Assembly: GCF_009914755.1 (NCBI RefSeq)
Contig: NC_060945.1
Strand: one strand, 5' to 3'
Origin: the human T2T-CHM13v2.0 reference genome, Homo sapiens
DNA length: 64,000 nt
Positions 1 to 15,899 of the stretch are shown piece after piece (the first letter of the stretch is position 1; the number at the start of each line of letters is the position of its first letter). Under the pieces are notes generated by a model. It was not told the DNA's origin. It saw only the letters and a list, made by a program, of their open reading frames with translations, and searched no databases. Position numbers and translations under genes: made by a program.

Positions 1-591
1 TTATAAGATAACATATGTGGGAAACTTAAGAAGCTGGTGATGTTTGAGTTATGTACATTTTATATTCCTACATAGTTTGATTCAGCTGGGTGTAGTTTTC
101 TGTGTTCACCTAGTCTTTCTTGCAAATTAAATCATGCATAAGCAAGCAAAGAACTCCCATTACATTCAGAGTTTTCTGTAATATAACAATCATGTAGGAA
201 CAAATTTGCAGTTTCAAAAAAAAGTATTTTAGCTGAACTGATTGTGTTTGTCTATCTTGACTCTTTCCATGTGGCCTCAAGGCTGTGCAGTTTCTAAAGT
301 AATTCTCACAGTACATTTGTTGCTTGCTGTTGAAATTATCTTATTTATATCCCTTTTATGAGAGACACAGATTATTGGTAATAGACACAGAATGAGAGAG
401 GGATATGGATTGGGAATAATTGCTACAAACATTTCATTTTTTGCTTATGGAGCACCTGTGCAAGCAGTGTTAAGTCTTCTCTACCACTTCAATACAATTT
501 AGAACACTAGATTATAATAATAAATGGTATATGCATATTCCACTTTTTGGAAATATGCAATTAATCTGGAATTCAGATACACACAAAATTA

Positions 592-598
592 CTCTCTG

Positions 599-644
<46 letters not shown>
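592..644. repeat. (CT)n(CA)n compound microsatellite
   Basis: ctctctgtctctctctctctctc followed by about 15 CA units. Confidence 0.95.
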
Positions 645-645
<1 letters not shown>

Positions 646-979
646 ATAAATCAATATCTTTCCTAAAAGTGATCTCTATCAGGTAAGTCCCTGGGTAGTC
701 CAAAAAGTCTCCTTGGGCTTGACATCCACAGATGATGAATCTCCAGTTTCATGTCAGTTCTAGCAAGGTTCATGAAAAGGTTTAGGAAGTTTGCTGTCAG
801 GCAGTGGGATCACTTCCAGCCTGTGCAAGACTTCAATGCTAAACCAAGTTAAAAACAAACAAAAAATAAATAGGTAAGAAAATAAGAATGAATAAAGTAA
901 GAAAAAATAGCAAAGGTAGAATTTGTATTGCTGTAAGTCAGATATCTCAAAAAGTAGTCTAGGGACTTCTAGCATTCAC

Positions 980-1400
980 CACTTTCAAAACTATTTGCAT
1001 AATAATACTAAGCCATTATTTACTTTTGCATTCTCATTCTCTCAAAAGAGAAAAGTAGAATTTCTGAAGGCTACATGAATTTTGACATCACAAAATATTA
1101 AAATACAGTAGATTTGATAATCTAGTTGTTTTTTATTGTCAGACTTTTGAAAAAAGGAAAATGACTCTACACTTTTATTAATATTTATATTTAAATATAC
1201 TTATTTTTATATATTTTATTTATATTAACATGTAATGGGTACATTATTGTTAAATTAACATAGAAATATTTTACAAAATTATTTTAATTTTCAATATGGT
1301 AAATATTGATGCATATAGCCACTTAAAATGTATTTGGAGTCTCAATAATGTTGAATAATTTAAAGTTATCTTGACCAAGAAGTTTAAGAAGTGTCACAGT
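980..1400 (+). mobile_element. hAT-Charlie-type non-autonomous DNA transposon remnant (MER106/MER119-like, tentative)
   Basis: caaaactatttgcataataatactaagccattattt...ttctcattctctca...ggctacatga and terminal gaccaagaagtttaagaa resemble recalled Charlie MITE consensus. Confidence 0.5.
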
Positions 1401-3652
1401 TAATTTAAAAAAATCTATTATAGCAAATAAAGTAGTTGAAAAAAACAACTGTGAAATTAAATGTCTAAAACTGATTTGCATTACATCTGTATTAATGTCA
1501 TGAGATAGCAATAATCTGCAGAATACTGTAGCAATTTTTATTTAAAATTTTTCCCATTCATTTAGAGTCACACTTAAAATGCATGATAAGTGAATCCATA
1601 ATAAATGATAAAATCAAGTAGAAATATTGCTGTTGGAAATATATTAAGCTCAATTGTTTGTAAGTTCATAAACAATTTGAACTACCAAATTAAGAAACAT
1701 CATCCATTTAAATGAACCTTCATGAAAGTAAGACATATATAAATCCAAAACTAATAATATGGAGAGAACCCATTCTGAAAAATAAAACACGTAAGTTAAG
1801 AAAATATTGGTTGTTTAATAACAAAAATGGCCTCTACCTTGAAGTACAGACTAACAACCATCCATTTGATTATTCCCTTTGATGTTTACTTTGCAGTTTT
1901 AACTGGACTTGAGTAAAATTAAACTTTTTACCTTGGAACAAACCTATATGTCCTAAAGTTACACTGATTTAAATTTTATGGAGAGAAAAAATATAGAGAC
2001 TGAGAAGACCTAGACATGGGAGTTACTAGACAAAGACTTTAAATTAGTTATTAAATATGTTCAAAGAGCTAAATGCTAACAAACAGAAACATGAGAATAA
2101 TCTCCCACCAAATAAAGAAGAGCAACAGAGAGAAATTATTTTACAAAAATAAATTTAAATACTGGGTTTTTAAAAAAAATAATTAAAATTTATAAAAACC
2201 ATGCTAGAATTTCTTAATAACTAATTTGAGATGGCAAAAGTAAGATTCAGCAAACTTGAAGACAAATTAAAATCAGCCTTCTGGGGAGCAGAAATACATC
2301 TGAATGAAGAAAATTAAACACAGAAACAGTGACATGAGGAATATCATAAAGCATCAAGCACTTCATCAGGAAAGTCATGTAATAAAAGAGGGACAAAAAT
2401 GTCATAAGATATATAGCAAAAGAGAAAAGTAGTATGCATAAATCCTATCTCATTAAAAATTGAATTAACTGTGAATGATTTTAAAATTTCAATTAAAAGT
2501 CACGGTTTGTAATATTGAGCTTTACAAAGTGATCCAATTATATGCTCTCTATAACAAATGCACTTTAGATTCAGGCATAAATAGGTTGAAAGTAAAAGTA
2601 TGGAAAATATATACTATGAAAATCAAAACCAAAAGAGAATTGAGGTGGGTATAACAATATCAGACTAAATAGACTTTAGAAAAAAAAAGTTACTAGAGAT
2701 AACATGTAGAGGAATATATTATAATAATAACATAAAGAGGAAATATATTATAATAACAAAAGTGTCAATCCCTCAGGAAGATATAAGAAAATTATACACA
2801 TATAAGCATCTAAGAACAAAACCTCAAAATAAGTAAAACAGAAACTAATAAAATTGAGTGGAGAAATAGACAATTCAACAACAATAACTGGAAACTTTAA
2901 TATCCCACTTTCAATAATGAATAGAACAAATAGCAGAATGTCAAGAAAGAGAGGACTTATAAGGACGTTATAAGCCTACTAGTCATTATACACATTTGTA
3001 GATGTGTATAAACAGCAGAATACACATTCATCTCTAATACACATCCCTCTCACTTTCAATAATGAATAGAACAAATAGCAGAATGTCAAGAAAGAGGGCT
3101 TAAACAACACCATAAGCCTACCAGTTATAATACACATCTGTAGCGACCTCCATCCAACAACAGGAGAATACGCATTCCTCTCTAATGCATATGGAATAAA
3201 CAGGCAATAAAACATGACTCAGCAAATCTAAAAAGTAAATCATACAAAATATGTTGTCCAGCCAGAAAAGACTAAAATTAAATATCAATAACAGAGGAAA
3301 CTTGGAAAAGTCATACATAGGTGAAAATTAAACAGGAAACTACTAAGTAACCAACTGATCAAAAATAAATTACAACAGCATTTAGAAAATATTTTGACAT
3401 GAAGGAAAATGAAAACACAACATGCCAAACTCATAAGATGTATGGAAATTAGTGCTAAAAGGGAAATGTATAGCTATAAATGCACACATTAAAAAACAGG
3501 AATTATTTTAAATTAATAATGAGACCTCCAATTTAAAAAACTATTAAAAGAAGAACTGAATACAGAAGAAAGAAAAGGAGGTACATGTTAACAATTAGCT
3601 CTATTTTAGTCCATAAAATAGAGAATAGAAATACAATTTAAAAATGAATGAA

Positions 3653-3840
3653 TAGCCAGGAGTGGTGGCACACACCTGTAATCCAAGCTACTCAGGAGGC
3701 TGAGGAAGAAGAATTGCTTGAACTCGGGAGGTGGAGGTTACAGTGAGCCGAGATTGCGCCACTGCACTCTACCCTGGGTGATGCAGTGAGACTCCACCTC
3801 AAAAAAATAAAATAAATTAAAATAAAATAAATCAATAAAT
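3653..3840 (+). mobile_element. 5'-truncated Alu (right arm) with (AAAAT)n tail
   Basis: tagccaggagtggtggcacacacctgtaatcc...gagactccacctc; flanks aaaatgaatgaa / aaaatcaatgaa as degenerate TSD. Confidence 0.9.
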
Positions 3841-4206
3841 ACTTAAAAAATCAATGAAACAATATTTATTCTTCAGAAAGATTTTAAAAATTGACAATCT
3901 TTTAGAAAGATTTGAATACAAAAAAAAATAGGAGACTCAAATTACTGAAGTCAAGAAATAGAAAGGTGACGCTACTACTTACCTGAAAAAAAACAAAAAA
4001 GGATTGTAAGAGAATAGTATGAGCGCACCATTGCCAACAAATTAGATAACCTAGATGAAATAGGCAAACTCCTACAAAGGCAGAAACTATCAGGACTGAC
4101 TTAAGAAGAAATAGAAAAACCTAAATAAACCTATAACAAGTCTATATCCACAAATAAAAACTTAGCAATGCTGAATTCTATTAAATGTTTAAAGAATAAT
4201 TATAAT

Positions 4207-4574
<368 letters not shown>

Positions 4575-5900
4575 CTATGAGGCTGGTGTTGCCCTAATAC
4601 TGAAAATAGACAAAAGCATTACAAAAAAAGAACACCAGTATCCTTTATGACTAAACACACAAAGATTCTGAAAAAAATGCAGGGTAACTGAAACCAGCAG
4701 CACATAAAAAGTATCATACACCATAGTCAAGTGTGTTTTATCCTAAAAAACAAGATTGGTTCAACATACCAAAACAAAACAAAATAAAACAAAAATGAAC
4801 AAAAAACAGTGTTGTAGGTTATATTACTAGAATAAAAAGAAAAAATACCCATAGCCATTTCAATGACCAAATCCAACAACCTTTTATAATTAAAAAAACA
4901 GTCAGAAGACTAGGACTAGAGAGGAACATCCTCATTCTAAAATTGGCATTTGTTAAAACCCCACAGCTATTATCATACTTTATAATAAAATATTAAAAAT
5001 CTTCCACCACAGATCAGGAAATGGATAAGGATCTTCATTGTTGCCACTACTATTCAAATTTTACTGGAAGTTCCGGCGATTAGGCAATAAATAAATAAAT
5101 AAATAAATAAATCAATCTAGGTAAGAGAGGATGTAGCAAAATTATCTCCATTGAGGGAGACATGATATTCTCTGTAAACAAACATGAGGAACACAGAATA
5201 AAAATACTATAGAGCTGATAAGGAGTTCAGTAATGCTGCAGGATAAAAGATCAATATACAGAAATCAATTGTATTTTTATATGCTAGTAATTAACAATCC
5301 AAAAATGAACTTAAGAGAACAATATCATTTGTAACACTATCAAAACAATTAAAATATATAAGAATATTTAAATAGATAAGTGCAAGAATTGTACACTGAA
5401 AGTTACAAAGATGGTAGTATGTCCTCAATTGATATACAGATTAAACACTATCCCTATAGAAATCCAAGTGGCTTCTTTTCAAAACTTGAAAAGTTGATGC
5501 TAAAATTTATATGGAAATGCATAAGAGTAAGAATAGCAAACACGATTTTGACAAAGAAGAATATAATTAAAGAATCCATACTTTCTGATTTCACAACTTG
5601 TTACAAAAATACAATAAACAAAATTTTGTGATAGCAGCATAAAGATAGACAAATTGAGCAGTGTAACAGAACGGAAAATCAAGAAATAAACCTACTTTTT
5701 ATGAGCAATTGTTTTTGACAAAGGTATAAAGAGATTACAGTGAGGAAAAACCTTTTTAACAGATGGTGCTGGGACAACTGTATATCCACATGTAAAGCAA
5801 TGAAGTTGGACATCATACTCCACATTATATGCAAAAAAGAATAACTCAAAATGTATCAAAGACCCAAATATAAGAGCTTAAACTATAAAACTCTTAGTAA

Positions 5901-6453
<553 letters not shown>

Positions 6454-6820
6454 TCAATTAAAAGACAACCCAATAAAATTATGCAAAGGATTTGAATAGA
6501 CGTTTGTTCAAAAAATATATACAAATGCTTAATAAGCAAGTGAAATGATGCTCAAAATTATTAGCCATTAAAGAAATACAAATCTCACTTCACCTCATTA
6601 GTGTGACTATTATTTTAAAAAAGGCAGATATATCAATTCCTGGCAAGGTTGTGGAGAATTTGGAACTATCCTACCTTGCTGGTGTGAAATGTAAAATAGT
6701 GTAGTCTCTTTGGAATATGTTTTCCCAATTCTGCACAATTACACATTATTACAGTATGATTCAGTCTTTCCAATTCTAAATATATAGCCAATTGAAAACA
6801 TATATCCACACAAAAGTATT

Positions 6821-7159
6821 TGTATTAGTTTGTTCTCACACTGCTATAAAGAAATACCCAAGGCTGGGTAATTTATAAAGGAAAGAAACTTAATTGACTC
6901 ACAGTTCTGCATGGCTGGGGAGGCCTCAGGAAACTTACAATCATGTGGAAGGCAGAGGAGAAGCAGCCATCTTCTTCACAGGGCCCCTTATAAAACCATC
7001 AGATCTCATGAGAACTCACTCACTACCAAGAGAACAGCATGAGGGAAACCGCCCCCATGATTCAATTATCTCCACCTGTTCCACAATCAACATGTGGGGA
7101 TTATGGGGATTACAAGTCAAGATGAAATTTTGGTGGAGACACAGAGCCTAACTATATCA
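6821..7159 (-). mobile_element. MaLR solo LTR (THE1D-like)
   Basis: tgtattagtt...gaggcctcaggaaacttacaatcatg...acagagcctaactatatca; TG..CA ends; 5-bp TSD gtatt/gtctt. Confidence 0.92.
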
Positions 7160-8947
7160 GTCTTATATTTGGATATTAATAGCGGCATAATTTATAATAG
7201 CTAAAATGTATAAACAAACAAATGTCCATCCACTAATAAATGAATGAACAAAACACAACATTTCCATACAATGGAATATTTTCATCTAGCAAACGTAATA
7301 AAGAATTGATTCATGCTAAAATATGGAGGCAAGTTGAAAACATTATACTGAGTAAAAGAGACCAGCACAAAAGGTTAAATATTGTGTGATTCTATTTATA
7401 TGAAGGGATCAAAATAGTCAAATCCACCAATTCAGAAAATAGGTTGCCAGGTTTGTGGGTAACCAGGGAGTTACTGCTGATGGGTACACGTTGTCTCTTT
7501 GGGGTCATGGAAATATTCTGAAATAAAGTATTGCTGGTATTTGCACGATTTTATTAGTACATAAAAACCACTGAATTGCACACTTTAAAAGGATAACATT
7601 TATGTCATGTGACATATCTCAATTAAAAGCATCATATGTGGAAAGCTGGATTTGGCCCAAAGGCAGAAGTTTGTTAACTCTTTCATCTCCTCATGTGAAC
7701 CATAAAAAAGGATCTAAATTACTAACCTATTGTCACTAGGTAAATTCCACAAGAGCAATGACAAAGATACTAGAAATGTCCTCGTTTCCAAGGTCTTTAT
7801 TTTGAATCATCACTTGTTTAGATAGAATCAATCAGTTCTTCCTTCTACTTGGTTTGAGTTGTCACATGTGGATTTGCTTTTTATTATATTAGAGTCACTC
7901 AAGGAAGCATTATTGCCAGGGTTCATTAAATTTTGAGAAAATTTTTCAAATTTTATTAATATATGAACTGTTAAGTCAAAAATGACTTGGCATCTTAAAA
8001 GCTTCACAATTAAGCTGATACTGAAGATATTTTACCACATCAGTTCTCTCAATGTTTCCAAATTTTGGGGTTAGACTTTTTATAAGCGAACTTGATTTTA
8101 TCCATTGGCTCTTTGAAAAATCAAAAGCCTTGGTTTAGTTGATTGATAGATTTTTTTCCTCCAAAATTTTGTTTGGAAGATTTATTGCCAATACATGATT
8201 GCATTATCTTATTGCTACACCTGTGATCTGCCAGCCCCCCACACCCAAAATTGGAACAATTATTTCATTAGTGTTTCTAACTGGAAACTATTTGGCTCTT
8301 TAATGGTAGATGATCACAATTTGTCTCATCGTCTACTCTAATCTCCTTAGGAGTCCTAGATTTAGTCCTCTGATAAGATGCCATAAAATAAAATAAAGAA
8401 AACTCTAATCTACAGACCTTACTTTAGTCTGCTCTGATATTGAATGTTACTTTAGAGAAATCTGAAAGTAGCATTTTTTATTCATGAGAAATTTATTTCT
8501 TGATATTAGTGATTCACATCAATTTCCTTGAGAGCATATAGGAAATAGAAATGATCAGTAACATTTATTGAATGCACAAACTATTTTTTGAAACTAAGTA
8601 AAATATTTCAGTATTGTTAGACAATTTCTGATTTCAAAAATATTAAAAAACATCTTGGATTTAATAAAAAGCAGTTTAATATACTAGCTATTATATGCAA
8701 GCTATTCATTATGCCACTCAATCAATAATACTACTCTGAAATAATGATCTCAGGTATACCGATAAGGAAACTGGAGATCGTATGGAGAAAGACAAATGAT
8801 AAAAATTACAATAAAGATATGAAAGATGAGCTGCTAAAAGCCAAAACAAATGATGACAGACCTTCTTAGAGAGAGAGAAAGTAACTTTCTCTCTGCGGTG
8901 GTCTGCCTAAAAATGAATACAATCATGGACTAAAGGAAGTAAATGAT

Positions 8948-10480
8948 TGATCATAGATGACACAAACAAATGGAAAAGTATTTCATATGCATGGATTAGA
9001 AGAGTCAATAATGTTAAAATGGCCATATTGCCCAAAGCAATTTACAGATTTAATACTATTCCTATCAAACTACCAATGACATTTTTTGCAAAGTTAGAAA
9101 AAAAAACTATTCTAAATTTCTTGTGGAGTCAAAAAATAGCCCTAATAGCCAAAGCAATCCTAAGCCAAAAGAACAAAGCCAGAGACATCACATTACCTGA
9201 TTTGAAACTATACTATCAGGCTATAGTAACAAAAACAGTATGGTACTGGTACAAAAATAGACACATATACGAATGAAACAGAATAGAGAACTCAGAAATA
9301 AAGCTGCACACCTACAGCCATATGATCTTCAATAAACTTGATAAAAATAAGCAATGGGAAAAGGACACCCTATTCAATAAATGATGTTGGGATAACCAGC
9401 TAGTCATGTTTAGAAGAATGAAACTGGACACAAGATGGTTTAAAGATTTCAAAGTAAGACTTTAAATTAGAAGAAACCTAGAAGAAAACCTAGGAAACAG
9501 AATTCTGGACATCAGCCTTGAGAAAGAATGTATTACTAAGTACTCAAAAGCAATTGCAAGAAAAACAAAAATTGAAGAATGGGCCCTAATTAAACTAAAG
9601 AGCTTCTGCACAACAAAAGAAGTTATCAACAATGTAAACAGGCAACCTACAGAATGAGAGAAAATTTTTGCAAGCCATGCATGTGACAAAGGTCTAATAT
9701 CCAGAATCTATAAGGAACTTAAATGAATCAACTAATAACCCTACTAAAAAATTGGCAAAAGGCATGAACACACACGTCTCAAAAGAAGACATACACATGG
9801 CTAACAAACATGAAAAAATGCTATCATCACTAATCAGAGAAATGCAAATCAAAACCACAATGAAATACTATCTCAGCCCAGTCAGAATGGCTGTTACTAA
9901 AAAGCCAAAAAGCAACAGATGCTGGTGAGGCTGAAGAGAAAAGGGAAGGCTCATACAATGTTCGTGGGAATGTAAATGAGTTCAGACACTTTGGAAAGAA
10001 GTTTGGACATTTCTCAAAGAACTGAAAACAGCTATCATCAAACCAGCAATCCCATTACTTGGTATATATCCAAAAGAAAACAAGTTATCCTATCAGAAAA
10101 AACACGTGCCGTTTTATGGTCATTGCAGCACTCTTCACAATAGCAAAGACATGGAAACAACCTACGTGCCCATCAATTGCGGATTGGATAAGGAAAATGT
10201 GGTACCTATACACCATGGAATACTATGCAGCCATAAAAAAAAGAACAAATTCATGTTTCTTGCAGCAACATGGATGCAGCTGCAGGACATATTCTAAGTG
10301 AATTAATGCAGGTACAGAAAACCATGTACCACATGTTCTCACTTATACGTGGGAGCTGAAGACTGGGTGCTCATGCACATAAAGATGGCAATAATAGACA
10401 CTGGAGACTACTGGGAAGGAAAGAGGGAAGGGAGCAAGGGTTGAAAAACTATTAGACATTATGCTCACTACCTGAATGCT
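8948..10480 (+). mobile_element. 5'-truncated L1 (L1PA15/16-like), ORF2 C-terminus + partial 3'UTR, no polyA
   Basis: ORF 8947-9276 ([20 protein letters not shown]) is L1 ORF2p; 3'UTR gcaagggttgaaaaacta; stops before the normal 3' end. Confidence 0.93.
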
Positions 10481-11269
10481 AGGAACTGTGAAGACCAGAA
10501 GAAATATTGATAAGTTATCCTGGACCCTGATACCATCTCAGAAGAAAATATATTTCTGGATAATTGACAACCCTTGAGACTCAGGAAAGGAAAGCTTATG
10601 GATATATTTATGTAAAAGAAAAACTAAATTTAGGAAATTTTAGTGACGTAATTAGTCCTAGTATTAATGAGAGAGTAGTTTCCTGCAAATGAATTCACTT
10701 TCAATGATGTAATACGATTCGGAATTGTTCAGAGAATGAACAAAAGGTTCTAAATTCACTTTTAGATAAACATATTACCTCCAGCCAAAAGGACACTTAC
10801 AGTTTTATTTCTTGTTATTTATGCAAAACTAGGTATGATATATGTGCTCTTTCAAACTGTATATCTTTGATCTGATATTATACCCTTTTGTCTTGCATGT
10901 GTCAGAGACAGATATACCACAAGGTTTGATTTGCTTTAAAAATGCTATTTGTTTTACTTAGTTTTACTTTACACCAATTTGGAGTATTAATAAGTTTGTT
11001 TTAGTTCAAATGATCCTGCATTAAGTGTTGATAAGGCAAAGGAAAACATTGATCTATCAACAGGACCAGTAAAATCTGAAAGAAAGTCTAGCTTCGCAAA
11101 TATAAAAACATATATAGAAAGAAATAAATGTAAGGAGATTGTTGAATTAGTGCATCCAGCATAATCAGTTTTAACTATTCTGTGAAGTGCTCAAAATCGA
11201 AGTGACAAGGAATAAAATTATGGCCTTTGTTATCATTAGGCCATTTAAAGTCTCAGGAAATTACAAGGT

Positions 11270-11528
11270 GACAGTTTAGCAGAAAGTGACAGAGCATGGA
11301 CTTTGAAAGCAAGTAAGACCAGATATGGACATTGCAATTCATGTCTGGAAATACCTTTGATAAGTAGCTTGGCTTTTATAATCATCAATTTAATTTATTT
11401 AACCTCTATAGCAAAGGCGATAATATTATACATCATTTAAAGATTTTTGTAAAAATTAAATGAAACAACAATGTAAAGTGTGTAGGCTGTCACACAGCTT
11501 TTAGTATATATTAGCTATTCTATTATTT
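11270..11528 (+). mobile_element. MIR SINE
   Basis: agagcatggactttga...ttgtaaaaattaaatgaaacaacaatgtaaagtg...tattagctatt. Confidence 0.65.
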
Positions 11529-11599
11529 GCACAGGTTTCTATTATTTGTATTTTAATTTTGTATGACAGGTCATACTACCAACATCAAAAAGATGTTAA

Positions 11600-11968
<369 letters not shown>

Positions 11969-14900
11969 TAACAAAATAAAGAACAATCATTGCATTATTT
12001 TTTTAAAAACAATTTGAGTTCTGAAATTTTTAATGCCAGTTTTAGGATATCTCTTTACTGCAATAGCATCATCCAGTTCTCTGTACTGCAGAGAGTATGT
12101 ATTGCAACTTTCTATGCAAATTGCATTCACATTTACATGTTGAATGCACAGATTTGATCATGCAACTTCACTCCTCAAAAAAGGAAAAAAGGAACCCTAG
12201 TTTCTTAATGTATAAAACTTGAAGTTTAATACCTTTAGAATCAAATTTAATTATCTTCCCAACTTGGCCCCAATCTAACTTGCCTTCGATTTTCTTATGT
12301 CACTCCCGCCCCCATTCCTGTAACATATGGATAGTCAAATTTTAGTGGGACGATTTGGAAAGATTTAATTGCTTTAATATAAAGATTTCAGGCAAAATAC
12401 TCAAAAGTACAGCCCAACAATACATATCTCTGTAATATGTGTATCATATTTTGAAAGCTACAGAAATAGCAATTTAATGTTACAAAAAGATGTTTTTATC
12501 CTTTTACTTCATAGCTGTTATCTTTTAAAATTGTAAAAAATCAATACCCTAAGTCATAATGACATGGTTCTTACTACAACTTGTGATTCTTTTAAATTTA
12601 TAAATTAAGACTAAATTGTGACTTAAACATAATGGATTTAATGTTTGTAAAATAAACAAATTTTTAAAAATATACATTAATATTTAAATCTATTAAAGTT
12701 AATACTAAACATTAACTTTATTATCTAAAATAAAATCAATTCTATTATATTTATCTTTTAAAGTGGTTAATTCGTGAATTTTGTTCACTAAAGAGAACAA
12801 ATTAATGGCATCCTCTACTTTAAAATGGCAATCTTAGTTTGATATTTATGTAACAACCTCTCACTGCAGTAGCTCCGATAAATTATTAAAATCACTAGTG
12901 ACTTGAATACTATCTATCTATTTAAGTTATTAGAGGCCTGGACACAATGCACACTCCTGAAATTCTGAAAAATATTAACATATGTGACACAATTATATTT
13001 ATTCATATAAAAGCTCCTATAAGTAAGACAGCATTATAAAAAGAAATATCCAAATTTTGGTTAAATTAATGTTAAAATAAAACAAAAACAATGAAAATTA
13101 ACTTGCTGGAAAAAAAAGAAAACTAAAATTAAATATCAGAATTTAAATAAAACTCCAGCTTTTATGCAGAAATAGGCTGAAATGAGCAATGTGTAAAAGA
13201 GCAAGCGATGGGAGCAAATAGGGATTTGGTGGTAACCTCCAGGATTTGCATGAACAGATGGGTTTCATACTATGGGAACATGTTGTGGACCCTTCAGGGC
13301 ACCCCTAGAGTAGACTGTGTGCTGAACAGAATGGGAGTACTCTAGAGAAGGTTCCTAGAGATGACAATTATGCAAGGTAGAGATAAGAACCTCTTCTTGT
13401 GAATAATTTTTGCTAGCACAATACGTTAGGAAGGAAACTTGTGAGTGCAGAAGTGAGATATATCACAGCTATGCCTTTGAGATTTATAAATATTAATTAT
13501 GTACATATGTATACTTCTACTAAGTCTATAGAATAATGCCTATGTCAAGTAATTTTAACATAATATATTTACTTTAATAATAAATGCACATCCTTTGCAT
13601 TGATTAAAGATCTCTAACTCATCTGTATCAAAAGTAAGATTCTAATATTTAAATTAGGCCTCATTCTAATAACTTAAAATTTCATTTGCATATGCATATA
13701 TACAAGTATATAAATATATTCCTAAGTGCATACTAAATATCTAATTGTTTCAATCACACATAGCTTTTCTCTTTTTCCAATATCAAAATGTTGATATGTG
13801 TTTGCTTTGTAAAAGAAAATACCCAGAGGTATATAGTATTGTAAAAATCAGTGAAAAAATATTTAGAGATAAGCTTTATGAATAATCTATTTTATAGAAG
13901 TTATTTCTTCCAGAAGTAAGATATTTTTAATCACAGAAAACCTCCGAGTTAAGTATGTAAGCACTAGAATGAGTTATGAATAAATAAAGCGGCACTATCT
14001 ATAAACATATTTCATTCTTAAGGAGGAAATTTCTGAAATATCAAAAACACATTGTTTGTATCCTTATGAAATAGGCTTAGAAGTAAAAGATAGCCTAACA
14101 ATAATTTTTAAATTATTTTTAAAGCTATGAATGCATTTTTCTTCCTTACATTGTATTTTCATAGTTTAGTATTTGCCTGAAGTACTTCAACAAAGATTGA
14201 GATTGGCAGGGTAAAGGAAAAGAGTGCTCCCTATGATATCCCATCAAAGGTAGAAGAAAGAGAGTGGTTAGGTTAAAAAAAATTTTTTTTCATGGTAGAT
14301 ACCAACACAATCATCCTGTTATTATTATCTGTTGAATTGATGACAATTTTCAAGTGGCACTTAACACAGACACAAAAGTCATCTATAGCCTTCTCTGGTG
14401 TTTACAGGTACTATGCAGTCACCAGGGACTTCATAACTGTGCTTGAGGCTATTATTCCTTTCATTAGGCTTTCCTTTTTTTATTATGTTTGGGCTTTGAG
14501 TTTTCACCGAAGGTCAAAGTATAACTTTCATGCCTGAAAGCCTGTTTTTTTGAGTACAAAGAAAGTGTCAGCTAAAATAAAACATCTTCCACTAACAAAC
14601 CCATTTCTACCTTCAAGTTTAGCAGGACTTTTACAATGAAACTAGAGATAGATAAATTCCCTAGCTGGGAGAAGAAATATGCAGGACTGAGTTAGTTGTT
14701 ACTCTATTTACAATAATATAATAATAGAATAATTGGTGAAAATATTTTAAGCACACTGTCATTCATATAAGTCCCAATGTGAAGAATTTTTCACTCTGTT
14801 CTCACCATAATTTTGGTTATTTCCCTTTTAAAAATAGTAAATTTTATTGCAACATACTGTTCATTCCCCAATTGGGTCAAGCCTGGCAATTTCCAAGCAG

Positions 14901-15899
14901 GGCTGGTGCAGTTTAGTCAATGTAGCAAGAGCACCATCTTTACTCTTCAAATTGAGGAAACAGTACAAAACTAAGTCCACAAGAAGCAAAGGAGAGAAAA
15001 AAGTTAAAATGACCAACACAATTCCTGTGAATTTCCATATGTCCTTAACTTTTAAACTTCCCACAGTCCTGACAGGTGGGTGGTTTCCCCTACTCTTTCT
15101 CTTTTATGTTATGCTGCCTCCAAATTTAAATATGCTTTCAGCTAGGACCAAGATGGGCCTTGACACATGGAGTGTAAAAAAAACCTCAATGTCCATACTT
15201 CCAAGGGTGTTAGGTCCTAGTTCTAAATGAGACTGGTCATTAAAGTTGTTTGTAAATGAGAAAATGTGGAAACAAAGTATAGCCTCATAAAATGGGCCAG
15301 AAACACTTTTAAATTGAGTCAGATCACCAAAGCTCACCAAAGCTAAGGTTTAGGGATAGGTTGCTATCCTCGTGGAGAATTACCATGTGAAATTCTCATG
15401 GTGAAATTACCTTGTGAAATAGGAAGGACTAGGGCAGAGACGCCATTGAGCCAAGTGAAGACCATCAGTTTGAGTTAGATAGAAAAGTTCAACCCTGATC
15501 ATCACAGAAACTTCTCAGGTGGCTAAATGTCTCTCAAAGACATATGGGCAATAGTGTGGGGGATGGTAACAACAACAAAAACAACTGCAACAACAGTAGG
15601 AACAACCATAAACAGTTCACATTACTCAAACTTCTGGAGATACAGAGAAAACACAAAATTGAAATAAAAAAGACCTAAACTGAAGTCTTGCTCCATCTAT
15701 TACTAGCAAGGCAGTATGGATCAAAAGTTTCTAAGTTATAATAATTACACATTATTGTGGCCCATGAGCTAAAATGTGCTGACCTGTGTTCTATTAATTT
15801 ATAGTAAACAAATGAAAAACTCTTATTAGGAGAAGTTGTAAAGGCAAAATGGAATCTTTCTCAAATAGTTCCAATGCCCCTGTATCTTACTGCCTTCTT

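Noticed and set aside
14847-15340. Overlapping ORFs of 127, 67 and 78 aa in unique sequence
   Set aside because: Non-ATG starts, no recognisable domain, no convincing exon boundaries or polyA/TSD; compatible with chance.
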